Shown here: in pieces, positions 19,645 to 29,078 of the stretch
Numbering within the stretch: position 1 is the first letter of the stretch
Layout: each line of letters begins with the position of its first letter
Origin: Promethearchaeota archaeon
Lineage (GTDB): Archaea > Asgardarchaeota > Lokiarchaeia > Sigyniarchaeales > SOKP01
NCBI GenBank assembly: GCA_029838195.1
Contig: JALGVJ010000017.1
Coordinates: 1-64,000 of the forward strand
Length of the DNA: 64,000 nt
Reading direction: 5' to 3'
Translations under genes and position numbers: made by a program
The notes under the pieces: generated by a model
Databases searched by the model: none
The model's input: the letters and a program-made list of their open reading frames with translations, nothing else
What the model was told of the DNA's origin: nothing

Positions 19645-21195
19645 ATGAAAAAAGGAAAAGATAAAATGAGCGAAACTTATTTTTGGTGGACGGAAGAACA
19701 TAAAGCAATTGCTAAAAAAGTAGAACAATTCGTTGAAGAACATTTCGAAGAAGCCGAAAAATATTTCTGGAAACGCAAGTTTCCTTGGCCGTTGGTGCAA
19801 AAAGTTGCGGATGAAGGGTATTTTGGAGCCGGAATCCCTAAAAAATATGGCGGTTTAGAATTAGGTGCAACCGGAGCTTGTATCGTAGCGGAACAACTTG
19901 GACGTTTATATTCGGTAGGACACGTGTTTGTAGTTAGCATGCTTGCTGGATTAGAACAACTCTTAAGATTTGCTAATGATGAGCAAAAAGAAAAATGGTT
20001 GCCACAATTAGCAAGTGGAAAAAAACTTGGCGCTGTATGCATTACAGAACCCTTTGCGGGAAGTGACGCTGCCAACGTCATGACCACTGCGGAAAAAGAT
20101 GGGGATGAGTGGATCATTAATGGAAAAAAGCGCTTCATCACGGGTGGTGGTGTTGCCGATAGATATTTCATATATGCTAAAACCAGTGATGATCCTGCCA
20201 CGCGCAAGAATTATGGGCATTTAACAAGTTTCATCGTGGAAAAAGGCACACCGGGATTCTCCTTGGAAAGAATAAATCCCTTGATTGGATTTGATAACGT
20301 GCCGAATGCTTATTTAAGTTTTGATAACGTGCGCATTCCTGAAGAAAATCGAATAGGTCCCATTGGGAAAGGCTGGACCGTCATGATGGCAGGGCTTAAC
20401 TTTGAAAGGCTCATTGCCGGAGCTGTCTTGGTTGGGACGATACGGGATTTAGTTCATTTATTATATTATTATACAAGTCGAAGAATTCAATTTAATCGGA
20501 CTACTAATCAATTTCCCGGCATACAAAATGTAATAGCGGAATTAATTGCCAAATACAGAATGGGGCGGTTATTTTCTTATCATTGCGCAAAACAATTAGA
20601 TGATGGATTAGAGCCCATGATCGATGCTTCCATTTCGAAATGGTTCGTAAGTGAATACGTGAGGGAAGCGGGAGTAAAAGCTGTTCAACTCTTGGGAGGA
20701 GACGGCTTGACAAAATTCTATCCCGCAGAGCGTTTAGTCCGAGAGGGAAAAATCTCAGAGATAGTAGCAGGAACTTCCGAAGTTCAACAAATGATCATTT
20801 ATCGTTTTGCTTCCATGTTGCCCCTCTATAATAAGCCCATGCGCTTGCGTTGGGATGAAGAAGTTAATGCTCCCATAATTTCGAACAAGAAATCGAAATT
20901 CCATGGCTTAGAAGTAAATGAGGAAAACGTGTTAAAAGTGATTGCTCATGATTACAAGGTGAATCCGGGGTTATACATGACTGTAGATGATGTTCGTGAA
21001 GACATTGGAGGCGGAAGAGCTGAAATTCGTAAGATCTTGGAAAATCTGGAAGCAAGTAAAAAAATTGTCATGCATAGGGATAGACAAGGGAAAATCGCAC
21101 TTGTTAAGGCGACTTACAAGGGTATACAAGAAGCCTTTCCAAAAGAATATTATCGCTGGTTTCCTGATTGGTACGATACAACAGATAAATTTTAG
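19645..21195 (+). CDS. Acyl-CoA dehydrogenase with C-terminal winged-helix-like extension
   Basis: CITEPFAGSD, INGKKRFIT, LNFER, RIQF, QLLGGDG, GTSEVQ, then ~125 extra aa. Confidence 0.93.
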   Translation: MKKGKDKMSETYFWWTEEHKAIAKKVEQFVEEHFEEAEKYFWKRKFPWPLVQKVADEGYFGAGIPKKYGGLELGATGACIVAEQLGRLYSVGHVFVVSMLAGLEQLLRFANDEQKEKWLPQLASGKKLGAVCITEPFAGSDAANVMTTAEKDGDEWIINGKKRFITGGGVADRYFIYAKTSDDPATRKNYGHLTSFIVEKGTPGFSLERINPLIGFDNVPNAYLSFDNVRIPEENRIGPIGKGWTVMMAGLNFERLIAGAVLVGTIRDLVHLLYYYTSRRIQFNRTTNQFPGIQNVIAELIAKYRMGRLFSYHCAKQLDDGLEPMIDASISKWFVSEYVREAGVKAVQLLGGDGLTKFYPAERLVREGKISEIVAGTSEVQQMIIYRFASMLPLYNKPMRLRWDEEVNAPIISNKKSKFHGLEVNEENVLKVIAHDYKVNPGLYMTVDDVREDIGGGRAEIRKILENLEASKKIVMHRDRQGKIALVKATYKGIQEAFPKEYYRWFPDWYDTTDKF

Positions 21196-21200
21196 AGCAA

Positions 21201-21566
21201 TTAATCTTCTTTTAATTGAAAATCTCTAATAATATTTACATTTTTTTTTACATCTATCGTTATGGCTAAAATTCGTAATTTCTCTTCGTTCGGATCTTGT
21301 TCGGGATCTTCCATTAAAAAATAGAACTTTTTGTTTGTAATGTCATATCCAATTTCCATGTCGCCGCAATCCTTAGGCAAAAATTTTTTAATATCACTTG
21401 GAGCATTATTTATAACAGCAGAATAGATCGTATCTTCAATTCCACGCTGTTTATCGCGAACATTCCGCATGGACGAAAAATTGAGAGTATTTAAAGATTC
21501 AGCAATTTTGGAATTACATGATTCCCATGAGATAAATAAGTCATTCAGATCTAATTCTTCTCCCAT
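21201..21566 (-). CDS. Hypothetical protein
   Basis: 121-aa ORF filling the gap between genes, protein-like composition; no family recognised. Confidence 0.65.
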   Translation of the reverse strand: MGEELDLNDLFISWESCNSKIAESLNTLNFSSMRNVRDKQRGIEDTIYSAVINNAPSDIKKFLPKDCGDMEIGYDITNKKFYFLMEDPEQDPNEEKLRILAITIDVKKNVNIIRDFQLKED

Positions 21567-21719
21567 GAGAATTTATAAAAAAGAATCCCTTTAATACTTT
21601 TTATTAAGATACTATTAATCAAGCAGCGTGAAGGCAAATACTAATATTTTAAAACGTGATATAATATAAATAGAGAAGTGTTTTATTTTATTTCTTGTTA
21701 GAGAGGTGATCTCAATAAA

Positions 21720-22298
21720 TTGAAGATTTCTTTACCAGAGCCAAAATTTAATGATAATAAATCCTTAAGGGAATGTATATGGGAAAGGGAAAGCATCCGG
21801 GCATTCAAGGAGAAGGAGGTCGAATTAGAAAAACTTTCGGCACTTTTATGGGCAGTACAAGGAAAGAAAGGACGTAAAAGAACGGTTCCTTCAGCTGGAG
21901 CCACTTATCCCCTAGAAATTCACGTTTTAATAAAAAATAAAGGATTATTTCATTACGACATCCAACGTCATGAATTAGAATTAATAAAAGAAGAGCGAAA
22001 TTTATCACGATCTTTAAGTGAAGCAGCTTTGAATCAATATTTTATTGAGGAGGCTCCTTTAAACATCATTATCAGTGCGAAGTATGAAAGAACTTGTAAT
22101 CGTTATGGAAAGCGAGGAATTAGATATGTTTACATAGAAATAGGACATGCTGCTCAAAACCTTCATTTAATGGCCACGTCTTTAAATCTTGGCTCGGTAC
22201 CAGTAGGAGCATTTCAAGATAACTTGGTAAAGAGCGTGTTGGAGCTTCCTCTCGATTTAGATCCTTTATATATTATTCCTATAGGGTATCCTAAATAA
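21720..22298 (+). CDS. SagB/ThcOx-family nitroreductase-like oxidoreductase
   Basis: RESIRAF, LLWAVQG, RTVPSAGATYPLE, EIGHAAQN, VGAF; GAGGTGA RBS upstream. Confidence 0.92.
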   Translation: MKISLPEPKFNDNKSLRECIWERESIRAFKEKEVELEKLSALLWAVQGKKGRKRTVPSAGATYPLEIHVLIKNKGLFHYDIQRHELELIKEERNLSRSLSEAALNQYFIEEAPLNIIISAKYERTCNRYGKRGIRYVYIEIGHAAQNLHLMATSLNLGSVPVGAFQDNLVKSVLELPLDLDPLYIIPIGYPK

Positions 22299-22455
22299 AA
22301 ATAATTAGCCCCTCTCCTCCTCTTTCTTTTCATTAAAAAACCTAATAATAGAAAATATAAAGTACGATTTCATGAATTATAGACTCAATTTTTTAATTTC
22401 TTAAAACATTAAATTTTCATAAACATTAAAAAAATCAAAAGGAGTAAGAAACACT

Positions 22456-22704
22456 TTGAATAAGTTGGAGAGTGTAAAAAAAATTGTGGATGCGTATCCA
22501 GATCACTGTCCGTATTGTTTTAAAAAGTTAAAAAACAGATTATATAAACCAAATAGTACGGCAAAGCCTTATTGTCCCTCTTGTTGCAATTTTATCGATC
22601 TTGAATGGGATTATTTACATGCGATTGCCGTGAAAGTGAAAAATTATTTGGTTTTAGAAGGAGATGAAAGCATATTGGATTTTAGGAAAAACGTGAAACA
22701 ATAA
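22456..22704 (+). CDS. Small zinc-ribbon protein
   Basis: CPYC...CPSC pairs; AAGGAG upstream. Confidence 0.6.
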   Translation: MNKLESVKKIVDAYPDHCPYCFKKLKNRLYKPNSTAKPYCPSCCNFIDLEWDYLHAIAVKVKNYLVLEGDESILDFRKNVKQ

Positions 22705-22840
22705 TTCTTGTAATTAAATTATTACACGGTAAAAGAAAATCCAAGGTATTATCAAGTTTCTTAAAAAAGAACACGAATCATGAAAATAATAAGATATTAA
22801 AAGTTCATTTATTATAACATTAAATTGGTTTAAATTTAAC

Positions 22841-23587
22841 ATGGATATTTCTCTAAAAAAACTCTTGAAACAAGCCAAGAAGAAAAATGATGTGGCTCAA
22901 TTAAATGATCTTATTATTGATTTTGGCAAAAATCCGCACCCGTTTCACCTTGAACTAATTAATGATTTATTAGATCAGATAGATGGTGTCTTGCTTGAAA
23001 AAATCATTTTAAATTTAGTTTATTTTCTTGGTGAATTAGGAAAAAGCCATGAAATTCCGAGAAAATATATTGAATTTCTTCACGATATTTATTATAAATC
23101 AGATAGATGGGTGCGATTGGAAATCATGAGCGCTTTTAATAACATTTCCGAGAAAAATATACTTCAGCGAGAAGATATGAATTTAATCAAGAGTGGACTT
23201 AAAGAAGAATATGATAAAATAAAAATCCAAGCATTGAAATGCATCCAACATTTAGAAAAAATTCCAAATGAAATTCTAAAAGAAGTCATTTTACTTTTAG
23301 ATTCTTCTAATCAAGAAATTATTGAAATATCTTCGAACGTCATGAAGATTCATGTTAGAAATGAAGTTTTTTTGTTTGAATTGTTAGATGCCGACGATTT
23401 TTATAAACACCTCTCTCAAAAAATATTTAGAAAAATCATCATCGCCATTTTTGATTCTCCCCTGCTCGTTCCCTCTATGGAGGTTTTTAAGAAATTAATC
23501 GTGAATTCAAATTGGGCTCAAGAGAAGAAAGAGTTTTTTCTTAAGGAAATTAAGACGTATTCCAAAATACTCTTGAAGATTTTATAG
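22841..23587 (+). CDS. HEAT/ARM-repeat-like helical protein
   Basis: Repeated amphipathic helices: FLGELG, DRWVRLEIMSAF, KIKIQALKCI, LLDSSNQEI. Confidence 0.6.
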   Translation: MDISLKKLLKQAKKKNDVAQLNDLIIDFGKNPHPFHLELINDLLDQIDGVLLEKIILNLVYFLGELGKSHEIPRKYIEFLHDIYYKSDRWVRLEIMSAFNNISEKNILQREDMNLIKSGLKEEYDKIKIQALKCIQHLEKIPNEILKEVILLLDSSNQEIIEISSNVMKIHVRNEVFLFELLDADDFYKHLSQKIFRKIIIAIFDSPLLVPSMEVFKKLIVNSNWAQEKKEFFLKEIKTYSKILLKIL

Positions 23588-24820
23588 CCTATTAAGAGTG
23601 TTAAATTTAGTTTTAAGTTCTTCAAGGTCATGGGTTCCTTGAATTATTTCATTAAAAATTTTAATAAAAGACTTGATGATCTCTCTTGGATTTCCTTGAG
23701 TGCGCATGTAAATATTGTGCAAGAAATTTTCATCAAGAGGGAAATATGGATTATCATTTTTCTCTAAATAATCCATAAAATCTACATTTTTTAAAAAAAG
23801 TTTTAAATTTTCTCGATAAAGGTAGAAGATGTCGTTTCTCTCGAAATTAGTGAGAAAAATGGGTTTTTTAAGAAAAGAAAGAAACATTTTATTTTTTTGC
23901 TCGAATAATATTTTCACGTGTTCGAGATTATCAAGGCTTCTTAATGTGATGATACATTTTAAACCCTTGATTTTTAATAATCGGGAAATTCGATCCATGA
24001 TTTTATCTATTTTCTTTTTCTCCGTTGCATGCTCTTCCGATATTTTTCCATATAACCAACTCGGATCAAATACTTGCTCATCCGAATCTTCTTCTGGTCG
24101 TGCGAAAGAAATTAGTTTATCAAAATCATCTATAAAAATCAAGCATTGTAAACGTGCATTTTCGATGAGTAATTTTAAGAGAGTATAAGCATGAATACTA
24201 CTGGACAAATCTTTTTTTAAGTTTAACACGGACAGTTCTTTAAAATCCATGATTTCTCCCAAGAGCCAGTTTTCTGCTTGGGATTTTCGATAAGGATCTA
24301 AATGATGAGATGTAATGGCTTGAAGGACATCCATTAAAGCCTCTTTATTTTCATGTTGGTCTTTTAACAAGTTAAAAGCATTGGAAAATACTTTATTTAT
24401 ATCAACAACCCTAAAAAATCCATATTTTCTTTGAGAAGCACCCCATGCATTACATAGTTGGTTTGTAATGCTCCTCAAAACATTAATTCCTAACGTTTCT
24501 ATGAATTCTGAATAAATGTTATAATAGAATTTATGAAAAAGATTTTCCATTGAGATATATATCATGTATACGTGATCTAATTCTTTTTTTAAGGCCCAAA
24601 ATAAATGAGTCTTGCCCGTGCCTACATCTCCTATTATGGGAAGGATGCAATTCTCTTCAGCTTCCAAACTATCTAATATATCTTGAAATAAAGAATTCCT
24701 GGATGGCGCTAAACCTAAATCTTCTTGAATTTCTCCTGTAGAAACAAATCTATTAAACGGATTTATTCCAATTTGAAGTAATCGTAAGAGTTTTTTTTTC
24801 TTATTTTCATGTAATAACAT
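23582..24820 (-). CDS. P-loop AAA+/STAND-like ATPase
   Basis: N-terminal NPF, Walker A IIGDVGTGKTH, Walker B LIFIDDFD, YFP, TQGNPREII. Confidence 0.85.
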   Translation of the reverse strand: MLLHENKKKKLLRLLQIGINPFNRFVSTGEIQEDLGLAPSRNSLFQDILDSLEAEENCILPIIGDVGTGKTHLFWALKKELDHVYMIYISMENLFHKFYYNIYSEFIETLGINVLRSITNQLCNAWGASQRKYGFFRVVDINKVFSNAFNLLKDQHENKEALMDVLQAITSHHLDPYRKSQAENWLLGEIMDFKELSVLNLKKDLSSSIHAYTLLKLLIENARLQCLIFIDDFDKLISFARPEEDSDEQVFDPSWLYGKISEEHATEKKKIDKIMDRISRLLKIKGLKCIITLRSLDNLEHVKILFEQKNKMFLSFLKKPIFLTNFERNDIFYLYRENLKLFLKNVDFMDYLEKNDNPYFPLDENFLHNIYMRTQGNPREIIKSFIKIFNEIIQGTHDLEELKTKFNTLNRL

Positions 24821-24855
24821 TATCTTATCCTTCTTTTATTTTAACTAATTTATGT

Positions 24856-25530
24856 TTATTCTCTTAATGATTCTCGCCCTAAAATGATAATATAAATTAA
24901 ATTTATATCTTCCACGAATACAATGGGTTCATGGGATACGGAAAGATTCTCTTCTTGATCCCTTCCTACGATAATTCCATCATAAAAAACGGGGTTGCCT
25001 TTTTCATCAATTACAACCCGATCTGCTAAAACAATTCCATTTTCTACAAGACAAACGGGATTTTTTAAAATTTCACCAATGACAAAATCAAGATGATTTA
25101 TTCTCACCAAAGAATTTTCTAGTAAATATAGGCCCGCCGTATGCAATAAAGTTAAAGCAAAGGGGTAAGATTCCGAAAATTGACCCTCCTCAAATTGATC
25201 CATTATACGGTTAGGAATTAAAACCGCATATTCTAGGAGGGTATTATTAATAGATTCATTCAGATTTATTTTTCTCGAAAATGCTGTTTTTTTATCAAGG
25301 ACTTCATTATATTCAAATCCTACTATTAATCCTTCATGAATTTCAATAGAATTTTCTTCGGAAATGGTTAAATTATCGCAAAAAATTATGGAGTCCGAAG
25401 GATTTCCATGCTTGCAAATTATTGACCCTGCATGCGTTCCTTGAGAACTGATTCCTTTAACAGAATCATGTAATATGATTCTTTCGTTCATATTGTTATT
25501 TAAAACGGTACCTTTTAAATAAATGATCAT
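24856..25530 (-). CDS. Hypothetical beta-rich protein with internal duplication (likely start ATG 25491)
   Basis: IIFCDNLTISEENSIEIHEGLIVG resembles IVLADRVVIDEKGNPVFYDGIIVG; ends 35 bp before the ATPase. Confidence 0.7.
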   Translation of the reverse strand: MIIYLKGTVLNNNMNERIILHDSVKGISSQGTHAGSIICKHGNPSDSIIFCDNLTISEENSIEIHEGLIVGFEYNEVLDKKTAFSRKINLNESINNTLLEYAVLIPNRIMDQFEEGQFSESYPFALTLLHTAGLYLLENSLVRINHLDFVIGEILKNPVCLVENGIVLADRVVIDEKGNPVFYDGIIVGRDQEENLSVSHEPIVFVEDINLIYIIILGRESLRE

Positions 25531-25600
25531 TAAGGAAAAGATATAAATACCACGATGTTCTTCATGTCTTTAAAAATGATAAAAAAGGTGAATTTTCAAT

Positions 25601-26851
25601 ATTTCTCTCACGGAAAATTTACTTAAATTATCTAAAAAGGAGTTATTAAATCGAGCAAAAGAATTCATTTTTTCCACCGGTTTAAATGATGGTACTTCAG
25701 ATTTGTGCAAGCAAAACATGAAATATGGTCTCGCTCAAATTCATCTCATTCAAGAAAAATACGGACTTGCACCCAATGCTTATTTCATCTCGTCTCCCGA
25801 TGAGACCATTTCTCGAAATAAATTTAGATGGAATTCAGGATTAGGTTATGGAGGAAAAATTAATTGGGGAAACGGGAAGGAAAAGTTAATTTTTCTTAAT
25901 GTTAAACCAAATCACTGTGGAATATTAGTAGGAGGATTAGAAGAGGAACCAAATGTAGTTGAGTTAATTGAGCAAATTGATGAAATAAAAAATAATCCCT
26001 TATATTATACTTTAAATGGACAAGAAATCAAAATTAATTGGGATTATGACGTCTCTAATCATTTCATTAATTGTTTTCGCGTTCAAAATTTTTCTGATAT
26101 TGATTTTCCTCCTTACGTATTTTTCATTCATGGCTCGGTTCCGGAATTGCAAAATGACGACTATGGCTTAGGATTATACGTGGATAAATCAAACACTTTA
26201 AAAGAGCTAGCTATTAAAGAAGCAACTCCCTTTGAGACCGTTCAACACATATTAATTGATTCTGATGCGAAAGAATATTTGAATTATAACATGAAAGCGA
26301 TCCAATTTTCAAAAATTAAGAGAGAATTAATTGCAAAAGCGATTTTCGGTTCACGAATTCAATTAATTTGTAATCCCTTGCACCAATATTTACAAGATTA
26401 TAACACCATGTATTTGGGCTCCAATTGTACAGATCCTCATTCTCCTTTAAATGATTCTGACATTTTTCCCATTGCTTTACGGGCAGATATTTCTTGTTAT
26501 TTATTTAGAGGTAAAAAAAATTTAAATCAAGTTATCATTAAGAACTTGAATTTCGAAAAAAGAGCGGAAAAATTGGAACTCATGGCTCAGATTAAAGAAG
26601 CAAATATATTACCCCATGGCGGAGGATATAATTTTCCTGATATAAAAAGAGTTGTAAGAGTAATAGAATATAAAGATCAGCGATATTTTGTATGCTCTTT
26701 AAAATCTAAAATGGAAAGAGTAAAAATAATTCGAGATGTTACTAATTTACAATTCAAATATAGGGGACGCTCCGTCGTACTAAAATCCATTCAACTGGAA
26801 TTAGGAAATCTTGTTGCTAGGTTAAATCCACTTTTCTCGTTGAAGGTATGA
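25601..26851 (+). CDS. Divergent RtcB-like RNA ligase family protein (ORF track start 25703; probable ATT start 25601)
   Basis: Motifs in RtcB order: SPD, GLGYGG, PNHCG, SNHF, IHGS, LHQ, LPHGGG, RLNP...LK. Confidence 0.72.
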   Translation: MSLTENLLKLSKKELLNRAKEFIFSTGLNDGTSDLCKQNMKYGLAQIHLIQEKYGLAPNAYFISSPDETISRNKFRWNSGLGYGGKINWGNGKEKLIFLNVKPNHCGILVGGLEEEPNVVELIEQIDEIKNNPLYYTLNGQEIKINWDYDVSNHFINCFRVQNFSDIDFPPYVFFIHGSVPELQNDDYGLGLYVDKSNTLKELAIKEATPFETVQHILIDSDAKEYLNYNMKAIQFSKIKRELIAKAIFGSRIQLICNPLHQYLQDYNTMYLGSNCTDPHSPLNDSDIFPIALRADISCYLFRGKKNLNQVIIKNLNFEKRAEKLELMAQIKEANILPHGGGYNFPDIKRVVRVIEYKDQRYFVCSLKSKMERVKIIRDVTNLQFKYRGRSVVLKSIQLELGNLVARLNPLFSLKV

Positions 26852-26875
26852 GGTAATTTTCTTTTTGTTGATTAA

Positions 26876-28951
26876 TTATTCTATTCTTGCTCCAACTTTT
26901 ATCTCTTTGTCTGGGGTTAAAATGGAGACTTTCTCCCCATCAACAGCAGCCAATAACATTCCTTGACTCTCTATTCCTCTTAATTTTTTAGGTTCTAAAT
27001 TGGCAAGTACAACGATCTGCTTATTTTTTAATTCCTTAGGGGTATAATGTTGAGCTAATCCCGCAACTAAAGTTCTTTTTTCCGTGCCAATGTCAATGGT
27101 CAATTTTAACAAGTTTTTAGTTTTTGGAACGGGTTCTATTTCCAATATTTTGGCTACTCTTATATCCAATCTTTTAAATTTTTCGTAGGAAATTAAATCC
27201 GGTTTTTCTTTCATTTCTTTTTTACCCTTTCTAATTATTTCAAGTTTCTTTTTCATTTCTTCAATATCTAATTTCTCGAATAGGGGTTTAGCCTTTTTAA
27301 TGGGATGTCCACTTTTTAATGCTTTATCTGATATGCTTTCCCAGGTAATATTTTTTAACGATGTTTCAAGATTTAAGAACTCTAAAATCTTTTGTGATGT
27401 ATCTGGAATAAATGGTGAAAGTAAAATGGCAAGAGCGTGAACTGCTTGAACGCAAATATTGAATACTTGTCCTGCTAATGCTTTTTTTTCTTTAATGAGA
27501 TGCCACGGCGCCTTTTCATTCAAGTAAACATTACCAATTCGAGCAAAACTCACGATTTCCCTTAATGCACTTCTCAATTCAAATCGTTCCAACAAATCGC
27601 CCACGGTTTTCCCAATAGAATTTATTTGTTCCAAGAATTGCTTGTCTTTATCGTCTAGTTCTATTATGTCCGGAACTTTTCCCTTGAATTGCTTGTTAAT
27701 AAAGGTTAAAGTTCTATGAATGAAGTTTCCAATGACATCATTTAATAATTTTATATTATTTTCGAATTCAGACCATAAAAAGGAGGTATCACTCTTTTCC
27801 GGGCGGTTATAAATTAAATTGAAACGCCAATAATCCAATGGAGCTAATTCTAAAGCTTCATCAATCCATATCCCTACGCCTCGCGATTTAGAAAATTTAT
27901 CGTTTTCGTACATGAGAAATTCCGTGGATGAAACATTATAAGGGAGGACTAATTTTTCATTGCCTTTTTTATTTTCATTGTATGCCATGATTAATCCGGG
28001 AAATACAATCAAGTGAAAGATAATGTTATCCTTTCCGATAAAATATACGGTTCTCGTTGTTGAATCTTTCCAAAAGTATTCAAATTTTTCCGGTTTTTTA
28101 ATGATTTTTTCTGCCCATTCCTTTACAGCAGAAATGTACCCCAATACAGCTTCGAACCACACGTAGATAGTTTTCCCTTCCGCCCCTTTAAATTTGGCAG
28201 GAATTCCCCATTCTAGATCTCTCGTTATGGCTCTCTCCGGTAATCCCTCTGCAATACTGTTTAAACACATCTCCTTGGCATTTTTCGGAATGATCTCATT
28301 TTGTTCTATGAAGGTTTTAAGGCGATCTTGCAACTTGGGAAAAAGTAGATACCAATGCTTTGTCTTTTTAATATATGGTGAGCTCCCACATATGGCACAA
28401 GTTGGCTGAATTAATTCTAAAGGCGTTAATAATTTTTGACATTTATCACATTGGTCACCCCGAGCATTTTCAGCTCCACAAAATGGACATTGTCCCTCTA
28501 CGAACCTATCTGGTAAATACATGGCATCTTTTTCGCAATATAGGGATTCAATTTCTTTTTCTGAAACATAACCATTACGTTGGACATCTAAATAAAAATC
28601 TTGACAAAATTTAATATGAGTAGGGTTATGCGTTTGCGTATAATTATCAAATGAGATCTTCCATTGCCTAAACAATTGGGACGTTTTTTCATGATTTTTC
28701 ATTGCCAGTTCTTCGGGTGGGATGCCTTGTTTTTTGGCTTCCACGGCTACCGGCGTTCCATGTACATCTGAACCTGATACAAACACGACTTCATCCCCCT
28801 TCAATCGCACATATCTAGCAAAAACATCCGCAGATAATACAGAGCCTATCATTGTACCAAGGTGGGGTGTGGCGTTCACGTAAGGCCACGCGGAAGTCAC
28901 TACCCATTTCCTTTTTCCTTCGGCCACCAAGATCATCAACCTCTTACGCAA
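26876..28951 (-). CDS. metG: Methionyl-tRNA synthetase with C-terminal tRNA-binding OB domain
   Basis: TSAWPYVNATPHLG, GSDVHG, zinc knuckles, YVWFEA, IGKDNI, KFSKS, Trbp111-like tail GIESQGMLLAA. Confidence 0.98.
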   Translation of the reverse strand: MRKRLMILVAEGKRKWVVTSAWPYVNATPHLGTMIGSVLSADVFARYVRLKGDEVVFVSGSDVHGTPVAVEAKKQGIPPEELAMKNHEKTSQLFRQWKISFDNYTQTHNPTHIKFCQDFYLDVQRNGYVSEKEIESLYCEKDAMYLPDRFVEGQCPFCGAENARGDQCDKCQKLLTPLELIQPTCAICGSSPYIKKTKHWYLLFPKLQDRLKTFIEQNEIIPKNAKEMCLNSIAEGLPERAITRDLEWGIPAKFKGAEGKTIYVWFEAVLGYISAVKEWAEKIIKKPEKFEYFWKDSTTRTVYFIGKDNIIFHLIVFPGLIMAYNENKKGNEKLVLPYNVSSTEFLMYENDKFSKSRGVGIWIDEALELAPLDYWRFNLIYNRPEKSDTSFLWSEFENNIKLLNDVIGNFIHRTLTFINKQFKGKVPDIIELDDKDKQFLEQINSIGKTVGDLLERFELRSALREIVSFARIGNVYLNEKAPWHLIKEKKALAGQVFNICVQAVHALAILLSPFIPDTSQKILEFLNLETSLKNITWESISDKALKSGHPIKKAKPLFEKLDIEEMKKKLEIIRKGKKEMKEKPDLISYEKFKRLDIRVAKILEIEPVPKTKNLLKLTIDIGTEKRTLVAGLAQHYTPKELKNKQIVVLANLEPKKLRGIESQGMLLAAVDGEKVSILTPDKEIKVGARIE

Positions 28952-29078
28952 CTATATTTTTTAGATATAGATTTAGATGTTAAAGGTAATACTTTAGATA
29001 AAATAAGATTTTTTCTTAGAATACATGAATTTAATTAGTTGCCGCTAAAATTTAATAAAACATGAAAAATGGCAAATA

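Noticed and set aside
21720-22704. RiPP (azole-peptide) cluster suggested by the SagB-like gene and adjacent small Cys-rich ORF
   Set aside because: No YcaO/E1-like cyclodehydratase nearby; the small ORF has CxxC zinc-ribbon pairs, not a precursor-peptide pattern; stand-alone SagB-like genes are common in archaea
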